Of a stretch of 64,000 nucleotides of DNA, positions 40,620 to 52,355 are shown piece after piece. How positions within the stretch are numbered: the stretch's first letter is position 1; every line of letters starts with the position of its first letter. A model generated the notes under the pieces. The model saw nothing but the letters and a program-made list of their open reading frames with translations, ran no database searches and was not told the origin of the DNA. The translations under genes were made by a program, and so were the position numbers. This DNA is from Mobula hypostoma (taxonomy: Eukaryota): the NCBI RefSeq assembly GCF_963921235.1, contig NC_086097.1, positions 49,602,001-49,666,000 on the forward strand, written 5' to 3'.

Positions 40620-41745
40620 GGAGTTACAGAATATGTCGGCACTTTCATTGCTCTGTTATTGAAAGCTGTTTACTAAGCACCTTTAGCTTAGTGAGTGCTG
40701 GACTATGCAGGCCAGCAAATTGAACCGTGGGTTTTCTGCCTGTCTGTGCTAATTCATACCAGTTCATGTTCAAATAACTGCACGTAGCAACAAAAAAGAA
40801 ATCCGACATCCTAAAATAAGCAAGGAAATTTAATTTTAAAGAGAAGCAAGCTATCCAGATACTGCTCAAATTAAGTATGTTCATTGGCCCGAAAGGTTAA
40901 TTCTGTTTCTTTATCTGATGTGCTTAACCTGATGAGTACTTCCAGATATTTATTTCATGCGCCTTCAGCATCACCAGTATATTATTTCCAGCCAACACTT
41001 TTTAATTAGGCAATATCTTCCTTCTAGTCAAGATGGTGTTGAAGTTGTGGCTTGGTCTCAGTTATGTTCATAGGGATGGTTTTTGGGGATGGAGAGGAAT
41101 GTTAGCTGGGGTTTTGGGACAGGAATATGGGGGAGTTAGAGATCAGGTTTAGTTTAGTGTTTATGTGGGGGAGTTAGTGGTGAGCAGGAGTCTAGACCTC
41201 TGCTCCACACTCCACGTACAAAGGCCATTGATGGGCGAAAAATGACACTCAAAGTCCAGGCCTCCACTCCATGCTTGTAGGCCAGCAAGCTAACTGTGTA
41301 ACAAAATGGATGTCGGGGTGTCCCAGGATCAGATGTCTGTGTGAGCAAGAGGCATGAGGGCTGGCGAGTCGGTGAGCCCGGAGTCCAAGGCCTGCATTTT
41401 GGGGGCCCTTCATTGACTAATCTGGAGGTTGATACCAAAGGTTAATTGGAAGTCTAGAAGTCAAAGCATGATGGCTGAAGCTTGGAGACTGGAGGCCCTA
41501 AGGCCGGTTCCGGTGACTGGAGTACTGTCCTTGTGTATGGGTAGGTGGGAGGGAGTAAAGAGACTTGTTTTGTTTGTTGCTTGCTGTGTTCTGTGTTATT
41601 CTGCCAAGCACTGTGGACATGCTGTGGTGGCACCTGAATGTGTGGCAACTCTTGCAGGCTTCCCCAGCACATCCTTAGGCTGTGTTAGTTGTTAATGCAA
41701 ATGTTTTGATCTACATGTGATAAATAAATGACTCTGAAATCTTAC

Positions 41746-41814
41746 CTGCCCTCTATTTACATATTTCATACCAAAGCACAAACAATCATTTGTTTGAGAA
41801 GAAATTTTCAGAAC
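41746..41814 (-). pseudogene. AKT: AKT pseudo-exon: hinge region
   Basis: tttaaag|VLKISSQTNDCLCFGMKYVNRGQ|gtaag, exactly 69 nt, vs AKT3 [23 protein letters not shown]. Confidence 0.92.
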
Positions 41815-41959
41815 CTTTAAAAAAAAAGTGAACAAGATGAAAATGTTTCAGTAATTTAAAAATACTATAGTTGAAAAACAGTTTTGTAAGCTCCTCTGCC
41901 TTTAATTAAAAAAAAAAATCAGTAATGAAAAGCCTTCACCAGCTGGGCAGGTCCTATAC

Positions 41960-42690
41960 CATCATCTATATTGATGATTTGGATAAGCTTGCACAAGGCA
42001 TGGTTAAAGAGTTTCAGATGACACTAAAATATATGGAATAGTGGACAAAGAAGAAGATTATCAAAAATTACAAGGGATCTTGATTGTCTGAGTAAGTGGG
42101 CCAAAGAATGGCAAATCAAGTTTAACTCGGCTAAGTGCAAGGTATTGCTTTTTGATAAACTAAATCCAGGTAGGGCTTTCACAGTGAATGGGAAGGTCCT
42201 GGGGAGTGTTGTTGAACAGAAGAACCCTGGAGTGCAAGTTCATGGTTCCCTGAAAGTAGAGTCACAGGTGGACAGGGTGGTGAAGAAGGTTTTTGGCACA
42301 AGGGCCTTCATAAGTCAGGGTACTGTATTGAGTATAAAAGTTGGGAAGTCATGGTGGGATGGAGCTCAGGCTGCACTTGAAACACTGAGCAACACACACA
42401 CAAAATGCTGGAGGAACTCAGCAGGCCAGGTAGCATCTAGGGAAAGAGTATAGTCGATGTTTCAGGCCGAAACCCTTTAGCAGGACTTGACTGTGTTCAA
42501 TTTTAGTCGTCCTGCTATAGGAAAGTTGCTATTAAACTGGAAAGAGTATAGAAATGATTTACAGTAGAAGGATATTGTCAGAACTTGAGGAACTGAGTTA
42601 TAGAGGGAGTTATAGACAGTCTAGAACTTTATTCCTTAGAGTGTAGGATTACTGAGAGGTGACTTTATAAATCAACAGGGGTATAGACAA
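41960..42690 (+). mobile_element. Old CR1 RT fragment with a short Penelope tail insertion (~42385-42490), in an AKT pseudo-intron
   Basis: FTVNGKVLGSVVEQKNPGVQVHGSLKV; degenerate hammerhead-tail sequence. Confidence 0.75.
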
Positions 42691-43182
42691 GGTGAAGGCA
42701 CTGGTTCATTAATGTACTACAGGAAATCTGAGATTCTGTAGGGTTATATAATTGTAGTTAGATTAGGAAAAAAAATTGTTTCTTTTTTGTATTTTGTTAT
42801 TTGTATCATTTCATACCTCAGCTTAAATCACCTTATCTAATATTCAACACTGTACTTTGAAACAGAAAAACTGGCCCAAAGTAGAGTGCAGCACAGCCAT
42901 ACTTCCACATCCAGCAAACTACTTCCACTTGTAGCAAGACCCTACAAGATCAAATATCAAATTCAACCCAAAAACCAAAGTGATTTTCGGAAATCTTGAG
43001 CTAAAAAAAAATCAATATACTTTTCAAAAACACATTTGTTTTGCTTTTAAAATTAACAGAGTAACATTTTTCAAAATTTATTGAAAACATTTTTGGCCAC
43101 AGACTTATTGAATGCGTGGATCTTTATTGGGAACTGCTGTGGCAAAATAATAAGGAGCTGAACAGTTTGAAAGAGCACTTAC

Positions 43183-43247
43183 AGTGAAAATGGATGTCTG
43201 GAATTTTTTAACGCTCTGGTTTTAGTTATAATGCATGCTAATTCATC
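43183..43247 (-). pseudogene. AKT: AKT pseudo-exon: alphaC region
   Basis: ag|DELACIITKTRALKNSRHPFS|gtaagt vs [22 protein letters not shown]. 65 nt against the canonical 66 (1-nt deletion); conserved Glu changed to Lys. Confidence 0.9.
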
Positions 43248-43411
43248 CTCCAAAAAACATGTTTGATTTTAATAAGCAAGAGAATAATGAACCTGAATTT
43301 CTAGTTAGAGATGTCGATTACATTATAGAAAAAGAGTTTTGGCACAAACAATTAATAAAGCTCCATGGATTTGTTAATCTATTAAAATTCAATGATGTTT
43401 TGATAACTTAC

Positions 43412-43531
43412 TTTTGCTGGAATAACCAGAATTTTTGTGGCCTAATACTGGCTAGTGGTTTTCTCTTTAATTAGAATCACCTTTCCAAATGTGCCTTTGT
43501 CAAGGAGTTTTAAATATTCAACATTACGCAT
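43412..43531 (-). pseudogene. AKT: AKT pseudo-exon: kinase subdomains I-II
   Basis: [39 protein letters not shown]|gtaagt vs [46 protein letters not shown] stop at 43442-43444; KKE deleted; first Gly of the G-loop changed to Asp. Confidence 0.95.
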
Positions 43532-45274
43532 ACAGAGAACAATGAAGTACTTTCATAGGATTTCAGGGTTATAGAAAAGATACTGCAGATGGATTATTTT
43601 GACAATTCATTCTGTGCAATGGATTAATAAGGATATTCAGCTGAATTTCCCCTGGAGCTATTATGTTACCTAATAGTATCTTCAGAAGGACACATTGTTT
43701 TGCCTCTTGTAATAGTGACACTTGAAAATGCTGACAATTATTTTAATATTTGTAATGCATCTTCGGTGATGGTGTCCATGATTTAATAGCGAAAGGCCAA
43801 GCTCCTAAGTGAGAGCTCTGCCTTCCCTGAACTGTGTTACTTGCCTGGAAAATAGATTTGAAAATTGGTTTACGATTAAATTGACCCAAGGGAAAATATA
43901 GCAACTAAAGCAGGCACACAAGGTAAGGGGATACATAATAAATGAGAAGGGTAGAGGAACAAGCAGTCCTTAGAATGCATGTCTGAAGGAGAGGGGACAG
44001 TTGTTAAGATAGTTCAGGAGATATAGATACCTAATTTTTTGTGGGTTGAAGCACAGAGTACTGAATATTGAATATGCTTATACTTAACCAGTACAATACA
44101 CTAGTTAGACCACAAGTGAAGGTGGTAAACTGTGTTAAGCATGCAGATACAACATTTTATCATAGCAGAAAAAGTATGACCAAACTGTTACTACAGAATA
44201 TTAAAGAAAACCGAATGACACATATAAAAGCAAATACAGTGTATTTTTAACTTGAGGTTTCATATTAAAAATCTTACATTAAAAATCATATTTTTCTACA
44301 TAAGCATTTAAAATGGAAAGTACATCGCCATTACTGATGTTCCAGTTCCCATTTTCCCGATGTTATAATTGTATGTTGGAAATTATCATCTTTCCTAACA
44401 CTTCATTTGATAGTTTTCTATGCAAATTAACTGTATGCAGTACCATTTACAGAAAGAGAAAAATATTTGCAGAATTTTTACATATGCTAATAGAAATTTC
44501 ATCGTTGACAGGGTGGTTATGTGGATCTCAGTGGGTTTGCCCTAGAAAGTTATCACAATGAAGTCTTTCAGTGAAATGCTTGTTTTCAAACACTATTGGG
44601 GTTGTATGCAACAATACAAACTCTGGTTCACAGATGGGGAGATACAGAAGGTTAAAGAGATATAATAACATGACAGTTGAGATTAATTCATGCTGCTGGT
44701 AAATGAACTGAAAGTAGAGTGTCATAAGAATGTAATTATAGAGCTGTACAGCATGAAAACAGGCCCATCAGCTCAACACATCCATGCTGACCAAAGTATC
44801 TTTCTGAGGTAGTCCCATTTCCTTGCATTTGGACCATATCCTCTGAATCTTTCTTATCTGCCCTCTAGTTCTGAATTCCCCTACCTGGTGAAATCAGACT
44901 GTCACCAACTACCCTATCAACGACCGCCATGATTTTATAAACCTATAACGTCACCCCTCTTCAGGGAAAGCAATCCCAGCCTTTCCTAGCTCTCCTTATA
45001 GCTCAAGCCCTCCTGTGCAGGTAATGCTCCTGTGAATCCTTCCTAGTTTAATTAGAAAGCTCCTGAGGTACAATGACTAGAATTGCACATAACATTCTAG
45101 GTGCGGACTCAGCAATATGAAAAAGAAGACAGAGGAACGTATCATCAGTTCTAGGAAGCACAATGATCTAGTGAGGGAACCATAAAAGAGAGGGAATGGA
45201 GAGCTGAAAGGAAGTTGGGCTTGTAAGTTAACTCCTGGAATAATTTAAGAATAATCAGATATATTCATGAAATT

Positions 45275-46600
45275 ATAAGACCATAAGATATAGAAGCAGA
45301 AGTAGGCCATTTGGCCCATCAAGTCTGCTCCGCCACTCAATCATGGACTGATCCAATTCTTCCAGTCATCCCCACTCTCCTGCCTTCTCCTCATACCCTT
45401 TGATGTTCTGGCTAATCAAGTACCTAGCTATCTTAAATGCACCCAGTGACTTGGCCTCCACAGCCGCTTTTGGCAACAAATTCCACAGATTTACCACCCT
45501 CTGACTAAAGTAATTTCTCCACATCTCTGTTCTAAAAGGACGTCCTTCAACCCTGAAGTTGTGCCCTCTTGTCCTGGACTCCCCTACCATGGGAAATAAC
45601 TTTGCCATATCTAATCTGTTCGGGCTTTTTAACATTCAGAATGTTTTTATGAGATCCCCCCCTCATTCTCCTGAACTCCATGGAATACAGCCCAAGAGCT
45701 GCCAAACGTTCCTCATACAGAAACACTTTCATTCTTGGAATCATTCTCGTTAATCTTCTCTGAATTCTCTCCAATGTCAGTATATCCTTTCTAAAATAAG
45801 GAGCTCAAAACTGCGCACAATACTCTAAGTGTGGTCTCACGAGTGCCTTACGGAGCCTCAACATCACATCCTTGCTCTTATATTCTATACCTCTAGAAAA
45901 GAATGCCAACATTGCATTTGCCTTCTTCACCACTGAGTCAACCTGGAGGTTAACCTTTAGGGTATCCTACACAAGCATTCCCAAGTCCCTTTGCATCTCT
46001 GCATTTTGAATTCTCCTCCCATCTAAAAAATAACCTGCCTGTAAATTTCTTCCACCAAAGTGCACGGCCATACACTTTCCAACATTGTATTTCATTCGCC
46101 ACTTCTTTGCCCATTTCTGCGACATTGTCTAAGTCTCTCTGCAGGCTCTCTGTTTCCTCAACTCTACACACTCCTCCACCTACCTTTGTATCATTGGCAA
46201 ATTTAGCCACAACTTCATTAATCCAGTAGTCCAAATCATTGACATAAATTGTAAAAAGCGGAGGTCCTAACACCGACCCCTGTGGAATTCCACTGGTAAT
46301 CAGCAGCCAGCCAGAATAGGATCCCTTTACTCCCACTCTCTGCTTTCTGCCGATCAGCCAACGCTCCACCCATGCTAGTAACTTCTTTGTAATTCCATGG
46401 GTTCTTATCTTGCTAAGCAGCCTCCTGTACAGCACTTCTGAAAATCCAAGTACACCACATCTACTGCATCTCCTTTGTCTACCCTGCTTGTAATTTCCTC
46501 AAAAAATTGCAATAGGTTGGTCAGGCAGGATTTCACTTTCAGGGAACCATGCTGGCTTTGGCCTATCTTGCCATGTGCCTCCAGGTACTCCGTAATCTCA
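45275..46600 (-). mobile_element. CR1 LINE RT + 3' end
   Basis: SGIPQGSVLGPPLF..KFANDTK; VDVVYLDFQK; YFSQRVVNLWNLLP. Confidence 0.9.
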
Positions 46601-47459
46601 TCAATTACGATGGGATGTTGGAGGCTATTCGGCCCATTAAGCCTGTACCAGTTACTGGTGAATCTAGTTAGCTCCATTCCCTGGCTGTTGCCCCAGAGCC
46701 CTGGAAACTTCCTCCATAAATGTCCTTTCAGAAGTGATGATTGAACTTGCTACTATACAATATGACCATAGTTAATTTGCACCAGGCTTCATTTCCTCTT
46801 CTGTGCCAGTTTCTCATGGTTCTGAAATCCCTGGTCTTTCAATAATGTATCTGCTTCCTCCTTAAATATTCCCAATGATTTAAAATCCGCCATTCTGTGG
46901 GTTATAGAATTCAAGAACTTAATTAGCCTCCACTCTATAGACTCTGCCTATACCTCTCTCTTTCTCATTAAAACAGCCAGCATAAGCAAAGTTCCTCCCT
47001 CCCACCCCAGACATTCCCTCTTCTCCCCTCTCCCATTGGGCAGCAGGTACATAAGCCTGAACATGTACCACCAGCTTCTACCATCCTGTATTTAGACCAG
47101 TGAACCTATACAATAAGATGGACTCTTAACCTCGCAACCTACCTCTTTGTGGTCTTGCACCTTATTGTCTATGTGCACTGCACTTTCTCAGTAGCTGTTA
47201 CACTTCTTTTGCATTCTGTTATTGTTTTACCATGGACTTTCTCAATACACATGTAAAGAATTGATCTGTATGAACAGTATGCAAGACAAGCTTGTCCCTA
47301 TACTTTGGTACACCAATTCCAATTCCACCCTTTGTTACTAGAGGCTCACGTGCACCTCAGTTTTAAATAACAATTCCCTATCTGCTCAACTCTATAGTTA
47401 TTTCAAAAAACTCTATAGTTATTTCAACACACTATGTGAATAGGTAGTTCCAGACCTAA

Positions 47460-49128
47460 TCAGTTCCCCTCTACCACCACTCTGCTCTGTCTAGCGGAAT
47501 TAGTCCTTACTCTTAATAATTTCTCCTTTTGCTCCTCCCATTTCCTCCAAACTAAAGGTGTAGCTATGGGCACCCGTATGGGTCCTACCTATGCCAGCCT
47601 TTTTGTTGGGTTTGTGGAACAATCTATGTTCCGTGCCTATTCTGGTATCTGTCCCCCACTTTTCCTTCGCTACATCGACGACTGCATTGGCGCTGCTTCC
47701 TGCACGCATGCAGAACTCGTTGACTTTATTAACTTTGCCTCCAACTTTCACCCTGCCCTCAAGTTTACCTGGTCCATTTCCGACACCTCCCTCCCCTTTC
47801 TAGATCTTTCTGTCTCTGTCTCTGGAGACAGCTTATCCACTGATATCTACTATAAGCCTACTGACTCTCACAGCTATCTGGACTATTCCTCTTCTCACCC
47901 TGTCTCTTGCAAAAACGCCATCCCCTTCTCGCAATTCCTCCGTCTCCGCCGCATCTGCTCTCAGGATGAGGCTTTTCATTCTAGGACGAGGGAGATGTCT
48001 TCATTTTTTAAAGAAAGGGGCTTCCCTTCCTCCACTATCAACTCTGCTCTTAAACGCATCTCCCCCATTTCACGTACATCTGCTCTCACTCCATCCTCCC
48101 ACCACCCCACTAGGAATAGGGTTCCCCTGGTCCTCACCTACCACCCCACCAGCCTCCAGGTCCAACATATTATTCTCCGTAACTTCCGCCACCTCCAACG
48201 GGATCCCACCACTAAGCACATCTTTCCCTCCCCCCCCTCTCTGCATTCCGCAGGGATCGCTCCCTACACAACTCCCTTGTCCATATGTCCCCCCCATCCC
48301 TCCCCACTGATCTCCCTCCTGGCACTTATCCGTGTAAGCGGAACAAGTGCTACACATGCCCTTACACTTCCTCCCTTACCACCATTCAGGGCCCCAAACA
48401 GTCCTTCCAGGTGAGGCATCACTTCACCTGTGAGTTGACTGGGGTGATATACTGCGTCCGGTGCTCCCGATGTGGCCTTTTATATATTGGTGAGACCCAA
48501 CGCAGACTGGGAGACCACTTTGCTGAACATCTACGCTCTGTCCGCCAGAGAAAGCAGGATCTCCCAGTGGCCACACATTTTAATTCCACATCCCATTCCC
48601 ATTCTGACATGTCTATCCACGGCCTCCTCTACTGTAAAGATGAAGCCACACTCAGGTTGGAGGAACAACACCTTATATTCCATCTGGGTAGCCTCCAACC
48701 AGATGGCATGAACATTGACTTCTCTAACTTCCACTAAGGCCCCACCTCCCCCTCGTTCCCCATCTGTTACTCATTTTTATGCACACATTCTTTCTCTCAC
48801 TCTCCTTTTTCTCCCTCTGTCCCTCTGTATATACCTCTTGCCCATCCTCTGGGTCACCCCCCCCCGTCTTTCTTCCCAGACCTCCTGTCCCATGATCCTC
48901 TCGTATCCCCTTTTGCCTATCACCTGTCCAGCCCTCGGCTCTATCCCTCCCCCTCCTATCTTCTCCTATCATTTTGCATCTCCCCCTCCCCCTCCAGCTT
49001 TCAAATCCCTTACTCACTCTTCCTTCAGTTAGTCCTGACGAAGGGTCTCGGCCTGAAACATCGACTGCACCTCTTCCTAGAGATGCTGCCTGGCCTGCTG
49101 CGTTCACCAGCAACTTTGATGTATGTTG
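47460..49128 (+). mobile_element. Penelope-like element, 5'-truncated and young: RT (47566-) + GIY-YIG endonuclease (48285-48737) + tail
   Basis: GVAMGTRMGPTYASLF, FLRYIDD, LPFLDL, DIYYKPT; VIYCVRCSRCGLLYIGET..RL..H. One frameshift in the C-rich tract at ~48225-48240. Confidence 0.95.
49026..49067 (+). ncRNA. Hammerhead ribozyme motif, stem III mutated
   Basis: cagttagtc-CTGACGA-agggtctcggcct-GAAA-CATC-gactg (G>A relative to the intact copies). Confidence 0.6.
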
Positions 49129-50574
49129 CTTTTATGTGAATAGGTATTTAGCTTTGTTGGATCAAATGGCCTGTTTTTGTCAAAAACTTTCTAAAATTCT
49201 AACACCTTGCTCTCGTTGAAGGTTCTCTCACTAATGAAAACATCACGACATCTAATCCATTAAGCCATCTCAGTATTTTATGTGTTTCACTCTTCTGAAC
49301 TCCAAATATAAATCTAATTTCTCTAGCTGCAGATAAACCTACTTCTACTCCACAGACTAATTCATGGTGAAAAATCTCAAGGGCAGCTGGAAAGACTTTC
49401 AACAACCATAATCACATAGTTTAAGACCACCATGAAGGACAGTTTCCGATGCTAATTTAAAGATTGCATTTACAATACAACCTCTTGTAGATTGAAAAAA
49501 TCGAGAGATTCAAACCATGTGCATGTAAAAAAAAATCACCATGTGTGAACAGGGTAAAACATCAGCCTCTGGATTGAATCTCAAAAATAAAGACTAGAAA
49601 GGGGGCAACAGTGAAAAGAGCACCTGGATGAGGAGCTTGAAAAAAATCACTGGGGAGAATACAAGTTACTGGAAGTCAGACTAGAAACCACCGCAGTCAG
49701 GGAAGGAGGTTGAAAAGAAACCACCAGAGATGGAATGCGACAAAGCTAAAAGGAAGTGAGAAAAGAAATAAACAAGAGCAGGAGTTTAAAAATAGACAAA
49801 CCAGAATGAGGACAAACAGAAATAAAAACATTAAAGCTAATGAAATCTCACAGTTTTTGTTTACTTACGTACTTACTTATTGCCTGTTACTCTGCTGGCA
49901 TTTAGAGCAGCAATGAAGGTCCTTCATCTCTGTCATACACAGCTACAGAAGGATTCTACATTGCTGTTTCTGTAACAATTGTTTTTTGACCAGTCAGGGT
50001 TGATAGCCCTAAGCTGAACCCCCGAACCTGGAGGAGTGGTGGACCAGTCTTAGTCTGGCCTCTACCCTTTGGCCTGTTTGGCATGAGTGACCCTACCAAG
50101 AGCTAAAGCACAAGGCCCTGACTCCAGCCAATATAGCTCTCTGGGTCATTGAGGTACACAAGCCTTCAAACCCTACGACAAGGTTGTGGTTCTCTTGGAG
50201 GTCACCGTTTTTTTATACTACTATTAATACATGAGGAAGGTAGACAAAGTTTTCCCATTTTTTGATGTTTCTTTTGAACATTGAGAGTGATTTAAGTCTG
50301 GGGGTTTCTATCTCATCACTGTAAACAAACTTACGGGAGATCCCATTCCATCATTTTCAACTGAAGTAGATACAATATGTAAAACAAAGGAAGTTCAAAC
50401 GTCGATCGTCAAGTATGTGCACAGTATAAATTAATGCATTACACTTGATTCTAATAGAATCGTCCAATAATTATTGCATTAAGAGATCTCCATTTGTTGG
50501 AGTAATATATTTATTTATATTATATACAGCCTTGAAACACTAGAATAGTTTTACTATTTTCTTTTTTTTTAGAA

Positions 50575-51540
50575 AATGCAATGTTAGCATTCATTTTGAG
50601 AGGACCAAAATATAAAAGCAAGGATGTAATGCTGGGACTTTATAAGGCATTGGTCAGACTTCCTTTGGAGTCTTATGACCACTTATCTATGAAAGGATGT
50701 GCTATCATTGGAGAAGGTCCAAACGAGGTTAATAAATATGATCCCATGAATGTTAGAGTTAAAATACGAGGGGTGATTGATAAGTTTGTGGCCTAAGGTA
50801 GAAGGAGATGAGTTGTACACCTCTCGTTACATGCACATGCAGTTCAACTCTTTGAGTAATTATGCAGAAAGTTTGAAGTTAATAACACATCTCCTTCTAC
50901 CTTAGTCCACGAATTTATCAATCACCCCTGCTGTGGGCCCTTTCTGGATGGAGGTCCAAGATCCGTATGCTCCATGACCGCTGGACTAAGTGTGTAAATG
51001 TAGGAGGGGACTATGTTGAAAAATAAATGTGCTAGGTTTCCTAAAATTGACTCCTTCTACCTTAGGCCACAAACTTATCAATTACCCCTCGTATGAAGAG
51101 CATTTGATGGCTCTGGACCTGTATTTGCTGGAATTTAGAAGAATGAGGGGAGATCGCATTGAAACCTACTAATTATTGAAAGGCCTAGATAGAGTGTATG
51201 TGGAGAGGATGTTTCCTATACTGGGAGAGACGAGGGCCAGAGGGAACAGCCTCAGAATAAAAGGATGTTCCTTTAAAACAGCGATGAGGGGGGAATGCTC
51301 TTAGCCAGAGAGTGGTGAATTTGTGGAATTCATTACCACAGACAGCTATGGATGCCAAGTCGCTGGGTATATTTAAAGCAGAGGTTGATTAGTTCTTGAA
51401 TAGTAAGGGCATCAAAGGTTACAGGAAGAAGGCAGGAGAAAGGGGTTGAGAGGAAAATAAATCAGGCATAGTTGAATGATAGAACAGAATTGATGTGCCA
51501 AATACCCTAACTCTGTCTCCTTCTATGTCTTATGGTCTAA
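50575..51540 (+). mobile_element. CR1 3' portion interrupted by a mariner-type MITE
   Basis: MLAFILRG.KYKSKDVML.LYKALVR; resumes with YEE.LMALDLY after 51093. Confidence 0.8.
50767..51091. mobile_element. Tc1/mariner-type MITE with ~40-bp TIRs and TA TSD
   Basis: cgaggggtgattgataagtttgtggcctaaggtagaaggag ... ctccttctaccttaggccacaaacttatcaattacccctcg, with TA on both sides. Confidence 0.88.
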
Positions 51541-52211
51541 ATTCACCAGCAATGAAATTCACTAGCACCTGATGGACCCTGATCACCTGAATAGAAATTC
51601 TGATTAATTATAAGCTCACAATACAAGGCAACATTTAACCCAGTATTAAGAAAGAGGTGCTGTCTTTTGGATAATTATTGATGATGTGACAAACCAGAAT
51701 ATTAACTGGCCTCCAAGTATTCAGAAAGATCAAGGAAGTCTCTTACATGCTTCACCAATATGAATAGTTTCAAGGTATAATAATACAATTAGGTTTTATG
51801 TCATAATGATTTTGCTGTTGTGCCATGTATATTGTTTGATGTGCTAGCTGCTAAGGCACTTCACAATAATTGCTTCTAGTGTTCAGGGGCTTTCTGTGGC
51901 CAGGAAAGGTCCTATATGAATTCATGCCTTTAGTTTACTTCTCTTTACTTGATAATCATATCACCTTGATTCTCTCTGTTCAGGCACACAGATCACAAAG
52001 ATGTCAAAAACTTACAATATGGGATAGATGGCTGAAATATTAAGATGGTGTTTTTGATTAATTTTTATATGTGTTAAATTACTGCAGAGAGGGATATTCA
52101 GTCATTATTTGCAGTTCTCACTGGTAATAAATACTATCAACAAAATGTTTCTCCAAGAATCTAAAATGAGCTTCTACTGCATAGTGTATGTGTGTGTGTT
52201 TGTCTTCAAGG

Positions 52212-52355
52212 CATCCTGGCACTCTTTTTGGTGTGAGAACTGTTCACTTGATCTGTCCACAAGTTGTCATTTCGAGACTCTGAAGGGTAATCCATGATCT
52301 CGCCCTCTTGCTTAAGGTTATCTGCTAGTGTTTGGATTGCTTTGTCCAGTCTTCA
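52212..52355 (-). pseudogene. AKT: AKT pseudo-exon: PH C-terminal helix + linker
   Basis: EDWT(fs)AIQTLADNLKQEGEIMDYPSESRNDNLWTDQVNSSHTKKSARM vs AKT1 [49 protein letters not shown]. Splice sites are decayed. Confidence 0.8.

Larger units (their letters stand above)
40504..52355 (-). pseudogene. AKT: Unprocessed (intron-containing) AKT/PKB serine-threonine kinase pseudogene, 5 recognisable exons
   Basis: Five minus-strand segments match consecutive AKT coding exons (PH/linker end through the catalytic loop) in the correct order. Several keep AG/GT splice sites and near-canonical lengths. They carry a stop, frameshifts and lost splice sites. Confidence 0.93.
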
